From NCBI GenBank assembly GCA_964397335.1, contig CAYNIM010000010.1, positions 2,741-66,740 on the forward strand: a stretch of DNA of 64,000 bases, in the 5' to 3' direction. Below, in pieces: positions 49,778 through 60,208 of this stretch; position 1 is the stretch's first letter, and every line of letters starts with the position of its first letter. The notes under the pieces are model-generated. The model did no database searches. It had not been told where the DNA came from and saw only the letters and a list, made by a program, of their open reading frames with translations. Both the position numbers and the translations under genes were made by a program. This DNA comes from an uncultured Flavobacterium sp. (lineage in GTDB: Bacteria > Bacteroidota > Bacteroidia > Flavobacteriales > Flavobacteriaceae).

Positions 49778-52700
49778 ATGAAAAAACTTATAACGGCTCT
49801 CGTGTTACTTAGTGGTTTGACAGGTGTTTCCCAATCGCAAGATGTTTATTTACAGTGGGATGATGTGGATTTTTTAGCCAGTGATGCTCGTTCGTATTTC
49901 GTGCCTTCGTTCCAAACTGACTACTATAATTTCAACCCTGGAACAAAAAAATTAACAGCAAATGTGGTCATAAATAATGCTCAAGGAAGCAACCTTCGCA
50001 TTGTATCACAGAATTTTCAGTCAATAGATGTTAAAAAATATAAGGATCTAGACGAAAAAAACATATCTACTTCTATCGATCCCAAAGTACATTTTTATAC
50101 TAATAAAGGTGTAAAAACTGCAATAATTACTTTTAATCCTATCATTAAAACAACAAATGGTTATCAAAAAGTAACGAATATTAAATTCGAACTAGTGGGT
50201 TCATCAAATAATTATGCTGCAAAATCCTTTAACATTTCGAACTCGGTTTTATCACAAGGCAATTGGTTTAAACTAAAAGTTAATGAATCGGGAATTTATA
50301 GACTTGATAAAAATACGTTGACTCAAATGGGTGTGCCAATGGATGTGGATCCTCGTACCATTAAGGTTTATGGCTACGGAGGTGATATGTTGCCTTTGGC
50401 TAATAACGAAAACCTTCATTTTGATTTGCCAGAATTGGCTATTCAGTTTCAAGGGGAACAAGACGGACGCCTAGATGATGGAGATTACGCACTTTTTTAT
50501 GCAGTTGGGACTAAAGGTTGGAATGAAGAAAATGCCACTCACCTTAATTTATATAGTAAAGATGCTTATTATTATGTGACTTATGGCGGAGGCAGTGGAA
50601 AGAGAATGCAATCTTATGTGGAACCTTCAGAAAGCGCTTCAATTATTTACACCGATTATAACGCAAGAGTATTTCATGAACAAGATTTGACCAATATAGT
50701 TCAATTGGGACGTAAATGGTTTGGTGAAAATTTCGGAAGTAGTTTTAGTTTACCGTTTCTATTACAAACACCGATGTTGAATTCGTCTAAACAAGTAAAA
50801 GTAGGAGTTAGCTTAGCGGCTATTTCATCCAATTCTACTAATTTTAATATTACTTTGAATAGTCAGACATTGGGTACAAAATCGCTTCCTCCAAAGAATG
50901 CTTCAATCTTGGCGTGGGAAGGTTATTTCACTGAAGAATTGTTAGTTAACGGTGAATCACACAATATTCAAGTCGCTTTTAATAATAATGGTGTGCCTTC
51001 TGCACAAGGATTTGTAGATTTTGTAGCGATTGATTATTATAAACATTTGGCGGGTCATAATAAGCAATTTTCATTCCGCATAAAAGATGCTGTTTCTGAA
51101 ATAGGAGTTGGATCTTTTCAAATCAATTCAGCTCAAGCAATTTCACAAGTTTGGGAAGTTACAGATCAGTACAATCCAACTTTTAAAACAAATAGTTCCC
51201 CTACCATGTTGATGAAAATGCCTTTGGGCAGTTTGAAAGAATTCGTTGCGCTGGATTTAAATGACACTTACGTGCCTGAAGTTGTTGGTCGTATATCAAA
51301 TCAAAACTTAAAAGGAACAATTTTAGCCAACGGAAATGTAGATTACTTAATAATTACCAATAATCAGTTTTTAGGAGAAGCCAATCGTTTAGCGAGTTTG
51401 CACACTAGACATAGTAATTTAAATGTAAAAGTTGTTCCATTAGAAGTTATATATAATGAGTTTTCATCGGGACAACAAGATATCGTTGCCATCAGAAATT
51501 TTATTAGATATGTGTATCATGCAGGTGGTCAAACTTTGAAATATGTAAATATGTTTGGAGATGCCTCTACCGATTATTTAGATAGAATACCTAATAATAC
51601 CAACCAAGTTCCTATTTTTCATTATTTGTATAATACCTTACAAGAGAACTCTTCAAGTAATCATAATGATTGGAGTACTTTTGCAACCGATGATTTTTAT
51701 GGATTACTAGACGATAATGAAGGTTTGTTTACTTACAGTACTTATGTAGGTGTTGATGTTGCTATTGGTAGAATGCCTGTGAATACACCACAACAAGCAC
51801 GTGCGGCTGTCGACAAAGTAGCTCATTATTTGAGCAACAATAATGTGGGACGATGGAAAAATATCTATACAGCTTTAGCAGACGATGTGGATGCAACTTG
51901 GGATGCAGGACTTCAAGTGTCTTTAAACGAAATGACAGATGAATTGGCTACTAACAAGCCTTATATCAACGTGAAAAAGATTTTTGCAGATTCTTATCAA
52001 CAACAAGTAGTTGCTGGTGGTCCAAGGTATCCAAGAGCAAAAGAAGAATTTTTAAACGGAATCAATTCTGGAAGTTTAGTGGTGAATTATATTGGGCATG
52101 GTTCTGAAGTGGTTTTGGGAGGTGAACGTTATTTTGAATTACCAGACATTGATCAATTAAATAATAAAGACAGATACCCATTGTTCTCTATCATGACTTG
52201 TGATTTTACTCGTTTTGATAATCCTGTACTTGAGTCAGGAGGCGAGCGTTTGTATCTAAGAGAGAATGCAGGAGCAATTGGAATATTGGCAACAACTAGA
52301 AAGCTTGGAATTTCAAGTGCAGAAGTGCTTACAAAAAATGTTTCAAGATGGTTGTTTGATTACGACAACAATTTGCCTCAGGTTACCATGGCAGAGGCTT
52401 TAATGCATACCAAAAACGATACTTCTAGACCGGTTGCAGAACAAGGAATAGTATCTTTTATTGGAGATCCAGCTTTAAGATTAGCGCAGCCGCAACCAGA
52501 TATTGTGATTACACACATCAATGAAGAGCCCATTGCCGATTTTACAGGAAGTCTTAGAGCTTTAGATAGAATTAAATTAAAAGGACAGGTTACTACTCAA
52601 AACGGACAGCCAATAACGAGTTTTAATGGGGATTTAGCGGTGCAATTATTCGATAAAAATCAAGAAAAACAAACATTGGTAAATGATGGAATCGGAAGCC

Positions 52701-53581
52701 CAATGATTTTTACAACTTTGGGAGAAACTGTTTTTAGAGGAAATGCAACTGTAACAAATGGTGTTTTTGAAATAGAATTTGTGGTTCCAAAAGATATTAA
52801 AATTGCAGTAGGAGAAGGAAAGGCAAGTTTCTACGCTACCAGAGAAAGCGATGTTTTGGATGATTATACTGGAGCAAACACTACAATTAAAATTGGTGGT
52901 GTAAACGAAAATGCTGCCGACGACAATACGGCGCCAGAAATAAAATTGTATATGAACGACGAATCTTTTGTGTCGGGCGGAATTACCAATCATTCTCCTT
53001 TATTTTTAGCACATTTAGAAGATGAAAACGGAATGAACACTGCAAGTGGTATCGGGCATGATATGGTAGCAATTTTAGATGGAGATGAAAACAATCCAAT
53101 CGTGATGAATGAATTCTATGAAACCGAACCCGACAATTTTAGAAAAGGATTTGTCAATTATCCTTTCAGTGATCTAGAAGAAGGATTGCATACAATTACA
53201 TTTAAAGCTTGGGATGTATACAATAATTTAGCAACTGCTACGTTAGACTTTGTAGTAACGTCATCAACAGATTTACAATTAGACAAAGTACTTAACTATC
53301 CGAATCCGTTTGTAGATTATACCGAGTTCTGGTTTCAACATAATCGCCCGTATGAACCGCTTCAAGTTCAGGTGCAAATTTTAACCGTATCGGGGAAAAT
53401 TGTTAAAACCATTAATCATACTATCGTTTCAGATGGATTTCTTTCCAGAGAAATAATTTGGGACGGAAAAGATGATTTTGGCGACCGAATTGGAAAAGGA
53501 GTTTATATTTACAAATTAACTGTAAAATCAACGGTTTCGGGACAACAAGCAGAAAAAATCGAAAAGCTGGTTGTTTTGTAA
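49778..53581 (+). CDS. porU: T9SS sortase PorU (peptidase C25)
   Basis: IYNEFSSG, NYIGHG, MTCDFTRFD and NYPNPF CTD motifs; followed by porV. Confidence 0.96.
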   Translation: MKKLITALVLLSGLTGVSQSQDVYLQWDDVDFLASDARSYFVPSFQTDYYNFNPGTKKLTANVVINNAQGSNLRIVSQNFQSIDVKKYKDLDEKNISTSIDPKVHFYTNKGVKTAIITFNPIIKTTNGYQKVTNIKFELVGSSNNYAAKSFNISNSVLSQGNWFKLKVNESGIYRLDKNTLTQMGVPMDVDPRTIKVYGYGGDMLPLANNENLHFDLPELAIQFQGEQDGRLDDGDYALFYAVGTKGWNEENATHLNLYSKDAYYYVTYGGGSGKRMQSYVEPSESASIIYTDYNARVFHEQDLTNIVQLGRKWFGENFGSSFSLPFLLQTPMLNSSKQVKVGVSLAAISSNSTNFNITLNSQTLGTKSLPPKNASILAWEGYFTEELLVNGESHNIQVAFNNNGVPSAQGFVDFVAIDYYKHLAGHNKQFSFRIKDAVSEIGVGSFQINSAQAISQVWEVTDQYNPTFKTNSSPTMLMKMPLGSLKEFVALDLNDTYVPEVVGRISNQNLKGTILANGNVDYLIITNNQFLGEANRLASLHTRHSNLNVKVVPLEVIYNEFSSGQQDIVAIRNFIRYVYHAGGQTLKYVNMFGDASTDYLDRIPNNTNQVPIFHYLYNTLQENSSSNHNDWSTFATDDFYGLLDDNEGLFTYSTYVGVDVAIGRMPVNTPQQARAAVDKVAHYLSNNNVGRWKNIYTALADDVDATWDAGLQVSLNEMTDELATNKPYINVKKIFADSYQQQVVAGGPRYPRAKEEFLNGINSGSLVVNYIGHGSEVVLGGERYFELPDIDQLNNKDRYPLFSIMTCDFTRFDNPVLESGGERLYLRENAGAIGILATTRKLGISSAEVLTKNVSRWLFDYDNNLPQVTMAEALMHTKNDTSRPVAEQGIVSFIGDPALRLAQPQPDIVITHINEEPIADFTGSLRALDRIKLKGQVTTQNGQPITSFNGDLAVQLFDKNQEKQTLVNDGIGSPMIFTTLGETVFRGNATVTNGVFEIEFVVPKDIKIAVGEGKASFYATRESDVLDDYTGANTTIKIGGVNENAADDNTAPEIKLYMNDESFVSGGITNHSPLFLAHLEDENGMNTASGIGHDMVAILDGDENNPIVMNEFYETEPDNFRKGFVNYPFSDLEEGLHTITFKAWDVYNNLATATLDFVVTSSTDLQLDKVLNYPNPFVDYTEFWFQHNRPYEPLQVQVQILTVSGKIVKTINHTIVSDGFLSREIIWDGKDDFGDRIGKGVYIYKLTVKSTVSGQQAEKIEKLVVL

Positions 53582-53715
53582 AAAACTGTTTATATTTGGA
53601 AAGTGAAATTAGAATGTAGCGGATGATTTATACGTTTCAGGGATAATTTTAAACAGTTTCGAGATTTTAAAGGAAACTAATTTTTATATTTGTTGATATT
53701 AACAATAAAACTTAA

Positions 53716-54933
53716 ATGAAGAGATTTTCTATAACTGCTGCTAGCTTAACTTTAGGATTAGTCATGCAGGCACAACAAAAATTGCCCGTTCCAGAAGGAC
53801 ATCCGCAAGCATATAATCCTGCAATTACAACAGGGGTTACTTTTTTAACCATTACCCCAGATGCTCGTTCAGGAGCTTTGGGCGATATGGGTGTGGCTAC
53901 TTCAGTCGACGGTTTTTCGCAGTTTTACAATCCAGCAAAATATGCCTTTGCAGAAAAACAACAAGGTTTTGCATTGTCTTATACTCCTTATATGTCAAAT
54001 ATTGCAAGCGATATTTCATTGATGGGAATAGGCTATTTTAATAAATTGAACGAAAGAAGTGCAATGGGAGCCAGTTTGCGCTATTTTACGTTAGGTGAAA
54101 TTAATTTGACTGATAATGTTGGATATCCTTTGGGAACAGAGAAACCAAACGAGTTTTCATTTGATGTATCTTATACAATTAAACTCTCGGACCGATTTGC
54201 ATTGGGGGTTGCTGGGCGTTACATTAGTTCAAACCTTAAACTTAGAGACGCAACAGAATCTGCTGCAAATACTTTTGCTGTTGATGTAGCTGGTTATTAT
54301 GAAAGCGATCGCATGCAGTTCGATACTTATGAAGGAAGATTGCGCGCAGGTTTCAACTTCCAAAACATGGGCCCTAAAATTAATTATACTGATTTAGCTG
54401 GCGCTGTAAGTAATATTCCAACTACTTTAAGATTGGGATTGGGTTATGACTTTATTCTAGATAGTTACAATACAGTTTCTGTTTATGGAGAAGCTACTAA
54501 ATTGTTGGTGCCTTCTAATTTAGAGCCCACTTTTATAGACTTTGATGGTAATGGAGATTTGAACGGACAAGCAGAGATGGAAAGTATAGATAATCGTCGT
54601 CAAGAATACCGAGACATTGGTTGGTTTTCAGGGATGTTTAAATCCTTCGGAGACGCACCAGGAGGTTTTGGCGAAGAATTAAGGGAGTTTACTTGGGCAT
54701 TAGGAGCTGAATATTGGTACGATAATTCTTTTGCTTTCCGTTTGGGCTATTTCAACGAGGCTCAAGATAAAGGAGCAAGAAAATACGCCACTTTGGGAGC
54801 AGGTTTCAAATACAATATTGTAAATATTGATGTTTCTTATTTATTCGCAACAAGTAAAATCCAAAATCCATTGGAAAATACCTTGCGTTTTTCTTTGACT
54901 TTCAATTTCGGAAAAGATTATCCAAAGAATTAA
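53716..54933 (+). CDS. porV: T9SS outer membrane protein PorV
   Basis: TGVTFLTITPDARSGALGDMG, GAEYWY and NPLENTLRFSLTFNF motifs. Confidence 0.96.
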   Translation: MKRFSITAASLTLGLVMQAQQKLPVPEGHPQAYNPAITTGVTFLTITPDARSGALGDMGVATSVDGFSQFYNPAKYAFAEKQQGFALSYTPYMSNIASDISLMGIGYFNKLNERSAMGASLRYFTLGEINLTDNVGYPLGTEKPNEFSFDVSYTIKLSDRFALGVAGRYISSNLKLRDATESAANTFAVDVAGYYESDRMQFDTYEGRLRAGFNFQNMGPKINYTDLAGAVSNIPTTLRLGLGYDFILDSYNTVSVYGEATKLLVPSNLEPTFIDFDGNGDLNGQAEMESIDNRRQEYRDIGWFSGMFKSFGDAPGGFGEELREFTWALGAEYWYDNSFAFRLGYFNEAQDKGARKYATLGAGFKYNIVNIDVSYLFATSKIQNPLENTLRFSLTFNFGKDYPKN

Positions 54934-54957
54934 AGCATTATAATAGCTAACAAAATA

Positions 54958-54987
54958 AAACCGCTTCAGCAATAGTTGAAGCGGTTT
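54958..54987. terminator. Terminator between porV and the CBS gene
   Basis: aaaccgcttcagc-aata-gttgaagcggttt hairpin. Confidence 0.75.
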
Positions 54988-55027
54988 GTGTTTAAAAGAC
55001 TACCTACTTTTGGTTGTCAATTATCGT

Positions 55028-55444
55028 TTAATAACGTTCTAAAAGATATTTTATGATATCTGTAGTGGTCACTATACCAACCAACTTGTTTTCGTATAAA
55101 ACAGGTAACGCTCGGAAATCGTTTTCAAGAAAAATTTGTGCTACTTCTCTAATGCTTGTATAGCTTACTACAGTTACAACATTTTTAGTCATTACTTGTT
55201 CTAAAGAAAAAATATTATAAGTGGTTGTAATTACTTCAGAGTCATCTTCGGCATAATCAACAACAGCAACTTTAAGTAAATCTGTATAGCTTAATATACC
55301 CACCACCTTGGAGCCAGAAACAACGGGAATGTGTCGAATATGGTGTTTTTTAAATAATTGGTCAGCTTTAACCAAAGAATCATTGATGTTTAATTTCACA
55401 ACGTTTTCAGTCATGATGCTTGATACGGGAACAATCGGTTTCAT
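55028..55444 (-). CDS. CBS domain protein
   Basis: IRHIPVV...GILSYTDL and LVGIVTTTDII motifs. Confidence 0.92.
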   Translation of the reverse strand: MKPIVPVSSIMTENVVKLNINDSLVKADQLFKKHHIRHIPVVSGSKVVGILSYTDLLKVAVVDYAEDDSEVITTTYNIFSLEQVMTKNVVTVVSYTSIREVAQIFLENDFRALPVLYENKLVGIVTTTDIIKYLLERY

Positions 55445-55565
55445 TTTTATTTTGTTTTTCAACAAAAATATGAGCTGTTTTGGTAGGAATCAATGATAAA
55501 AATCAGGAATAAAATTTTCTTGATAAAAAAGAGGAGCGAAGTAGAGTATAACTTAAATTTTCATC

Positions 55566-55913
55566 CTAATTCCTTCGAACTAAAATCAGCCAATCGTCTT
55601 CCAAAAGCATGTAGCCTTGGTCGTATACAAAATAATAAGTGTTGTTTGTTTTGGTGGTATAGATAGAGGTCATCAGGTTAAAATCAAAGCCTGCATCTAA
55701 AAGTTTTTTTCTCTGTATCTTGGTTTTTCCTTCTGTATTAAAATCACTTAAGATGCGATAATTTTTTCGCAACATATAATTTATATTTCGCATTAAATTG
55801 GTCGAATCCTTGTTGAGTTTGTTGTTATAAGAGTTGCGACAACCATCGTTGCAAAATTTTTTATCTTCGCGCCCGTTTAGTTTATTCCCACATTCTAAAC
55901 AATTTTTCTTCAT
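55566..55913 (-). CDS. Conserved hypothetical protein with an N-terminal Zn-ribbon
   Basis: CLECG..GREDKKFCNDGCRNSYNN motif. Confidence 0.85.
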   Translation of the reverse strand: MKKNCLECGNKLNGREDKKFCNDGCRNSYNNKLNKDSTNLMRNINYMLRKNYRILSDFNTEGKTKIQRKKLLDAGFDFNLMTSIYTTKTNNTYYFVYDQGYMLLEDDWLILVRRN

Positions 55914-55978
55914 TTTTTTCTTTAAAGATACAAATAATGGGCGATACTAATAAGTTTTTGGGATAATTAAATGCGGAT

Positions 55979-56434
55979 TTACTCCAAATGTTTAATGTGT
56001 TTTTGAATTTCAGATCGAATTTCGGTGTAATTTGAATAGTAAACACTTGAAAATACAGCAATCGCAATATTGTTCTGAATTAAATAACAGTATTCTTGGT
56101 ATCGACCTCTTGATCTAAACCCTTTAGTGATGAAACCATCGATTTGTTCCGTGCTCCAAATTCGTCTTTTTCCCAAACCTAAGAATCGAACTACTTCAAT
56201 ATTCTTTTCTGTTACTGTGATGATTGACATCCGCAACGTCATTTCTACAAAAACACCCCAAATTACAACAAACGCAGTAATCAGACTACAAAAAACTAAA
56301 AATGCAGTAATTCCCCAATGCTCGTAACCAGCAGTAATCATTCGGAATTTATACATTAAAAAAAACATCACAAAAGGAAATATAAGGATTAATAAGCTAT
56401 AAAAATAGGCAGCTTTGCTTAGTTTTGCTTTCAT
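55979..56434 (-). CDS. Hypothetical membrane protein (two TM segments plus PH-like tail)
   Basis: 151-aa ORF with two hydrophobic helices. Confidence 0.7.
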   Translation of the reverse strand: MKAKLSKAAYFYSLLILIFPFVMFFLMYKFRMITAGYEHWGITAFLVFCSLITAFVVIWGVFVEMTLRMSIITVTEKNIEVVRFLGLGKRRIWSTEQIDGFITKGFRSRGRYQEYCYLIQNNIAIAVFSSVYYSNYTEIRSEIQKHIKHLE

Positions 56435-56838
56435 TTTTTCGGATTAATTTCTCCAAATTTAGCTCATAATTTTCAAAATACAATTCAATTCACCTTTGTT
56501 TTTTATTTCATTAAGAATAAACATCAATCTAATTGACTTCTAATTTGTTTGGAATTTAAATACTAGTTAAGTTATAGTGGTTAAGGTAGATTGAATTATA
56601 AAGCAGTTCTAAAATTCTCTAAGCTATCGTGTAATGATGAATAAAGAAGCAGTGTCTGTTTTCTAAAACTGTTTCTAAGTTCAAGGTAAATTGTGCATTA
56701 GAAATAGAAAAAATAAGACCAACTACTAAAGTTGGCCTTATTATTTTTAAATCTAATTATGAAAAGACAATTGTCTTTGTACTGATCGTTTTGCTTAAGT
56801 AGTTCTACAAATTTAATTCATTAAAACTGTTTGTTTTT

Positions 56839-57990
56839 TTATTCTTTTACTACTTTTTCTACTGTCATGCCTTCTTTGGTTATGATATTCATTAGGTAGA
56901 TACCAGATTCGAAAGTAGACATGTCAATTTGTATTTGACTTTCATTTGCAAAACTCTGTTTTTTTACACTTTTACCACTGCTATCAAAAACTTCAATTTG
57001 CTCAATACCTATATTCTCACTATTTTTAACTGTAATTAGATCTGTCGCTGGGTTAGGGAATATTGTAAACGTTGTGTTTGCTAATTTTTTCATTGATAAA
57101 GGCAAGGTATTCACTGCAGAAAATTTAAGATTATCGAATTTTACAAAATAAGGATCCCTATCGTTACTAATATTGTTAGTTATTTCTGAAGGGTCTGTAA
57201 CAAAAAGTAAAGTAATATGGTCCACAATTGTATTGGGTGTTAAAGGTAATGGATGTGCGGTTTTTATAGTTTTATTCATTGAAGGTACTTCTTGATAGAT
57301 ATGACCAGTAGTATAATCAATATACATAGCAATGGTGATCCAAGTCTCATCAGGAAACGTTCCATAAAAATCTCCACCACCCGCTCCCAGAGTTTTTGTA
57401 AAATACAGCATTCCTGAGAAAGCAGGTAAAAAGGTTACAAATGTGCTTGTTGTTACATGTTGGTTTCTCTCATACAAATAAATACCATTGTTTGTTGCTT
57501 TAGTAAATCTAACAAGAGCGGCTTAATTAATTAAATTAGGTGTTGGACTTAAGTTTCCAGTATATAAGTCGTATTCAAACTTCAAAATATTGTTGCCACT
57601 TGCTCTTTCAGACCAATGGCTCTCGATACCTCCTCCTTCTCCTGAAGTTATATTTCCGAGCACTCTAGTGATTCTAACACCACTACCAGTTGCATTTAAT
57701 TTTGGGATGTCTTCGAATACCAATACGTTTCCTCAGCCTGCTTCTGGTTCAATTCTTGCTTCGTAACTTCTGATTTGTGAGCCAACATTGTTAGTTTGAA
57801 ATTCAAGAACAGCCCATCCGCCTTGTCCTGGTACTGGTGGATTGGGTGATACAATATTGCCATCTGTGGTATTCATCGGTCCTAGATTTCCGATGGTGTA
57901 ATTGTCAAAATTATCGCTCCACAACAACTGCGCTTGTAGCGAGTTAATGGAGAAAATTAAAAAAAGGAATGTGTAGATTTTTATTCTCAT
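56839..57990 (-). pseudogene. T9SS type A cargo protein gene interrupted by two in-frame stops
   Basis: Three ORFs share one frame. Signal peptide at the start, TGA at 57733-35, TAA at 57523-25, and CTD IFPNPATDLITV...EKVVKE. Confidence 0.85.
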
Positions 57991-58081
57991 AATATTGATA
58001 TTTAATAAATTAATTATTGAAAAACGATATAGACATTATTTGCGTCTGTTACAAAAGATAAGGTGTGTCCATAAATATTTA

Positions 58082-58153
58082 CTTCGCTGGGTACAATACT
58101 GGTGCCCGGTTTGTTGATCAAGCAAATCTCCGTCATACGCTGCGAATGCGAAG
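58082..58153. ncRNA. Candidate structured multi-stem element upstream of the T9SS cargo gene
   Basis: cttcgc/gcgaag closes gggtac/gtgccc and ggtttgtt/agcaaatc stems; a GC-rich patch in an AT-rich intergenic region. Confidence 0.4.
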
Positions 58154-58630
58154 ATTCTTAAGACTAGTAAAACTATTTCATTTTTATGAGTATTGTGAAC
58201 AATGCTCGTTTTAATCTTGCAAAATCTTAAAAAAAGCAAGTGTTCTGGTTATTATTGTTTGCAATATACAATACTTTTTGCTAAAAAAACATTTTCAGTA
58301 TTTTAGCGTATTTTAAGTAGAAATATTTTGGGTTGTAGTAGATTGTTTTTTGCTTCGAGATCATCATTAAGGTGGGTAAACAGAAAGATTTATCGGTAAT
58401 AATAGGTTCAAACAATTTGGAATCTTTTTTTAATGTCATTTATGGTTTTCTATTGGCATTTTGAATTTCTCTCGACCTAAAATCGTATCTTTGTGACAAT
58501 CAAAAAAATAATAATGTAAAAACAATTGTTTTTTTTGAAATTCCAAACAAAGTGTTAAACATTAGTTCAAACAGCTGTTTTTTCACTCGATTTGTCAAAA
58601 AGAGCAGTATTTTTGCAAAAATAATAAATA

Positions 58631-59659
58631 ATGAAAGGAGTTTTATTAGTTAATTTGGGATCGCCAGATGCACCAACACCAGAAGCTGTTAAACCATATT
58701 TGGATCAATTTCTGATGGATGAGCGTGTGATCGACTTACCTTATTTGTTGAGAGCTTTTGTGGTTCGTGGTATTATTTTACGTAAACGCCCTGCAAATTC
58801 GGCAGCAGCATACCAAAAAATTTGGTGGGAAGAAGGTTCTCCTCTCATTGTTATTTCTAAAAGAACGCAGGAAAAAGTGCAAGAAAAGGTTGAGGTTCCT
58901 GTGGCATTAGCAATGCGTTATGGCAATCCTTCGATTGAGTCTGGTTTGAGAGAGTTGGTAGAAAAAGGTGTTACCGAAGTACTTCTTTTTTCACTTTATC
59001 CTCAATATGCCATGGCAACTACCGAAACTATTGAAGTTTTGGCTGCTAAATTGGTTAAAGAAAAATTTCCTCAGTTAAAATTGACCAATTTCCCTGCATT
59101 TTATAACCGCCCCGATTACATCGAATCATTGGCTAATGTCACAAAAAATGACTTGGATGGTTTTGATTATGATCATATTTTATTTTCATACCACGGTGTG
59201 CCAGAGCGTCATATCAAAAAAACAGACAAAACAGGAAAGCATCGCGGGAAAAAAATAAAAGAAGGTAAATATTGTTGTCAACCTGGTACACCAGAATCCG
59301 AATTTTGCTATCGAACTCATTGTTTTGAAACAACGCGAGAGATTGTAGAAAAGTTGGGAATACCAGAAGATAAATATACGTTGACCTTTCAGTCTCGTTT
59401 AGGAATCGATAAATGGTTACAACCTTTTACAGCCGACAAAGTGCGTGAATTAGCTCAAAAAGGCGTAAAAAAAATGGCGGTGATTACTCCTGCTTTTGTT
59501 GCAGACTGTATCGAAACATTAGAAGAAATAGAAATGGAAGCCGGCGCTGATTTTAAAGCAAACGGTGGAGAAGAGTTTAAAATGATCCGCTGTCTGAACG
59601 ACGATGACCAATGGACTACAACTATGGCGAGTTGGATCAACGAATGGATTTTAAAATAA
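58631..59659 (+). CDS. hemH: Ferrochelatase
   Basis: LLVNLGSP, LYPQY, FSYHGVP, FQSR and DCIETLEE motifs. Confidence 0.97.
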   Translation: MKGVLLVNLGSPDAPTPEAVKPYLDQFLMDERVIDLPYLLRAFVVRGIILRKRPANSAAAYQKIWWEEGSPLIVISKRTQEKVQEKVEVPVALAMRYGNPSIESGLRELVEKGVTEVLLFSLYPQYAMATTETIEVLAAKLVKEKFPQLKLTNFPAFYNRPDYIESLANVTKNDLDGFDYDHILFSYHGVPERHIKKTDKTGKHRGKKIKEGKYCCQPGTPESEFCYRTHCFETTREIVEKLGIPEDKYTLTFQSRLGIDKWLQPFTADKVRELAQKGVKKMAVITPAFVADCIETLEEIEMEAGADFKANGGEEFKMIRCLNDDDQWTTTMASWINEWILK

Positions 59660-59665
59660 CAAGTT

Positions 59666-60205
59666 ATGTATTTGTATTTAAAGGCATTGCACATAATATT
59701 TGTGGTGTGTTGGTTTGCTGGATTGTTCTACATTGTTCGGCTGTTTGTGTATTATGCAGAAGCACAGGAAAAACCTGAAATAGAAAAAGAAATTTTGTCT
59801 GTGCAATACCGTCTCATGGCACACAGGCTTTGGTTTATAATTACTTATCCCGCTGCCATTTTAGCTACAGTTTTCGGTGTTTGGATGTTGATTGAAAATC
59901 AAGCACTACTTAAGCTGCCTTGGATGCACGTAAAGTTGTTTTTTATTGTTTTACTTTGGTTGTATCATTTTAAATGTCACCAATTTGTAAAGCAAATCCA
60001 AATAGATTCACTTGTTAAAAAAGGAGGTTTTTTTAGAATTTGGAACGAAGGAGCTACGATTATTTTGTTCTCGGTGGTTTTCTTAGTGATATTAAAAAGT
60101 GCAATAAATTGGATTTTTGGTGTTTTAGGTATTTTTACGTTAGCAATCTTATTAACTTTAGGGATTAAATATTATAAAAAAGTACGCGAAAGAAATCAAA
60201 GCTAA
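59666..60205 (+). CDS. hemJ: Protoporphyrinogen oxidase HemJ
   Basis: KALHIIFVVCWFAGLFYIVRLFVY, WMHVKL and RIWNE motifs. Confidence 0.92.
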   Translation: MYLYLKALHIIFVVCWFAGLFYIVRLFVYYAEAQEKPEIEKEILSVQYRLMAHRLWFIITYPAAILATVFGVWMLIENQALLKLPWMHVKLFFIVLLWLYHFKCHQFVKQIQIDSLVKKGGFFRIWNEGATIILFSVVFLVILKSAINWIFGVLGIFTLAILLTLGIKYYKKVRERNQS

Positions 60206-60208
60206 TTT

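Noticed and set aside
57523-57735. Selenocysteine or stop-codon reassignment in the T9SS cargo gene
   Set aside because: One stop is TGA and the other TAA, and both codons terminate other genes normally in this window.
58036-58239. 67-aa minus-strand ORF
   Set aside because: TTG start, no recognisable motif, and it overlaps the structured leader; likely spurious.
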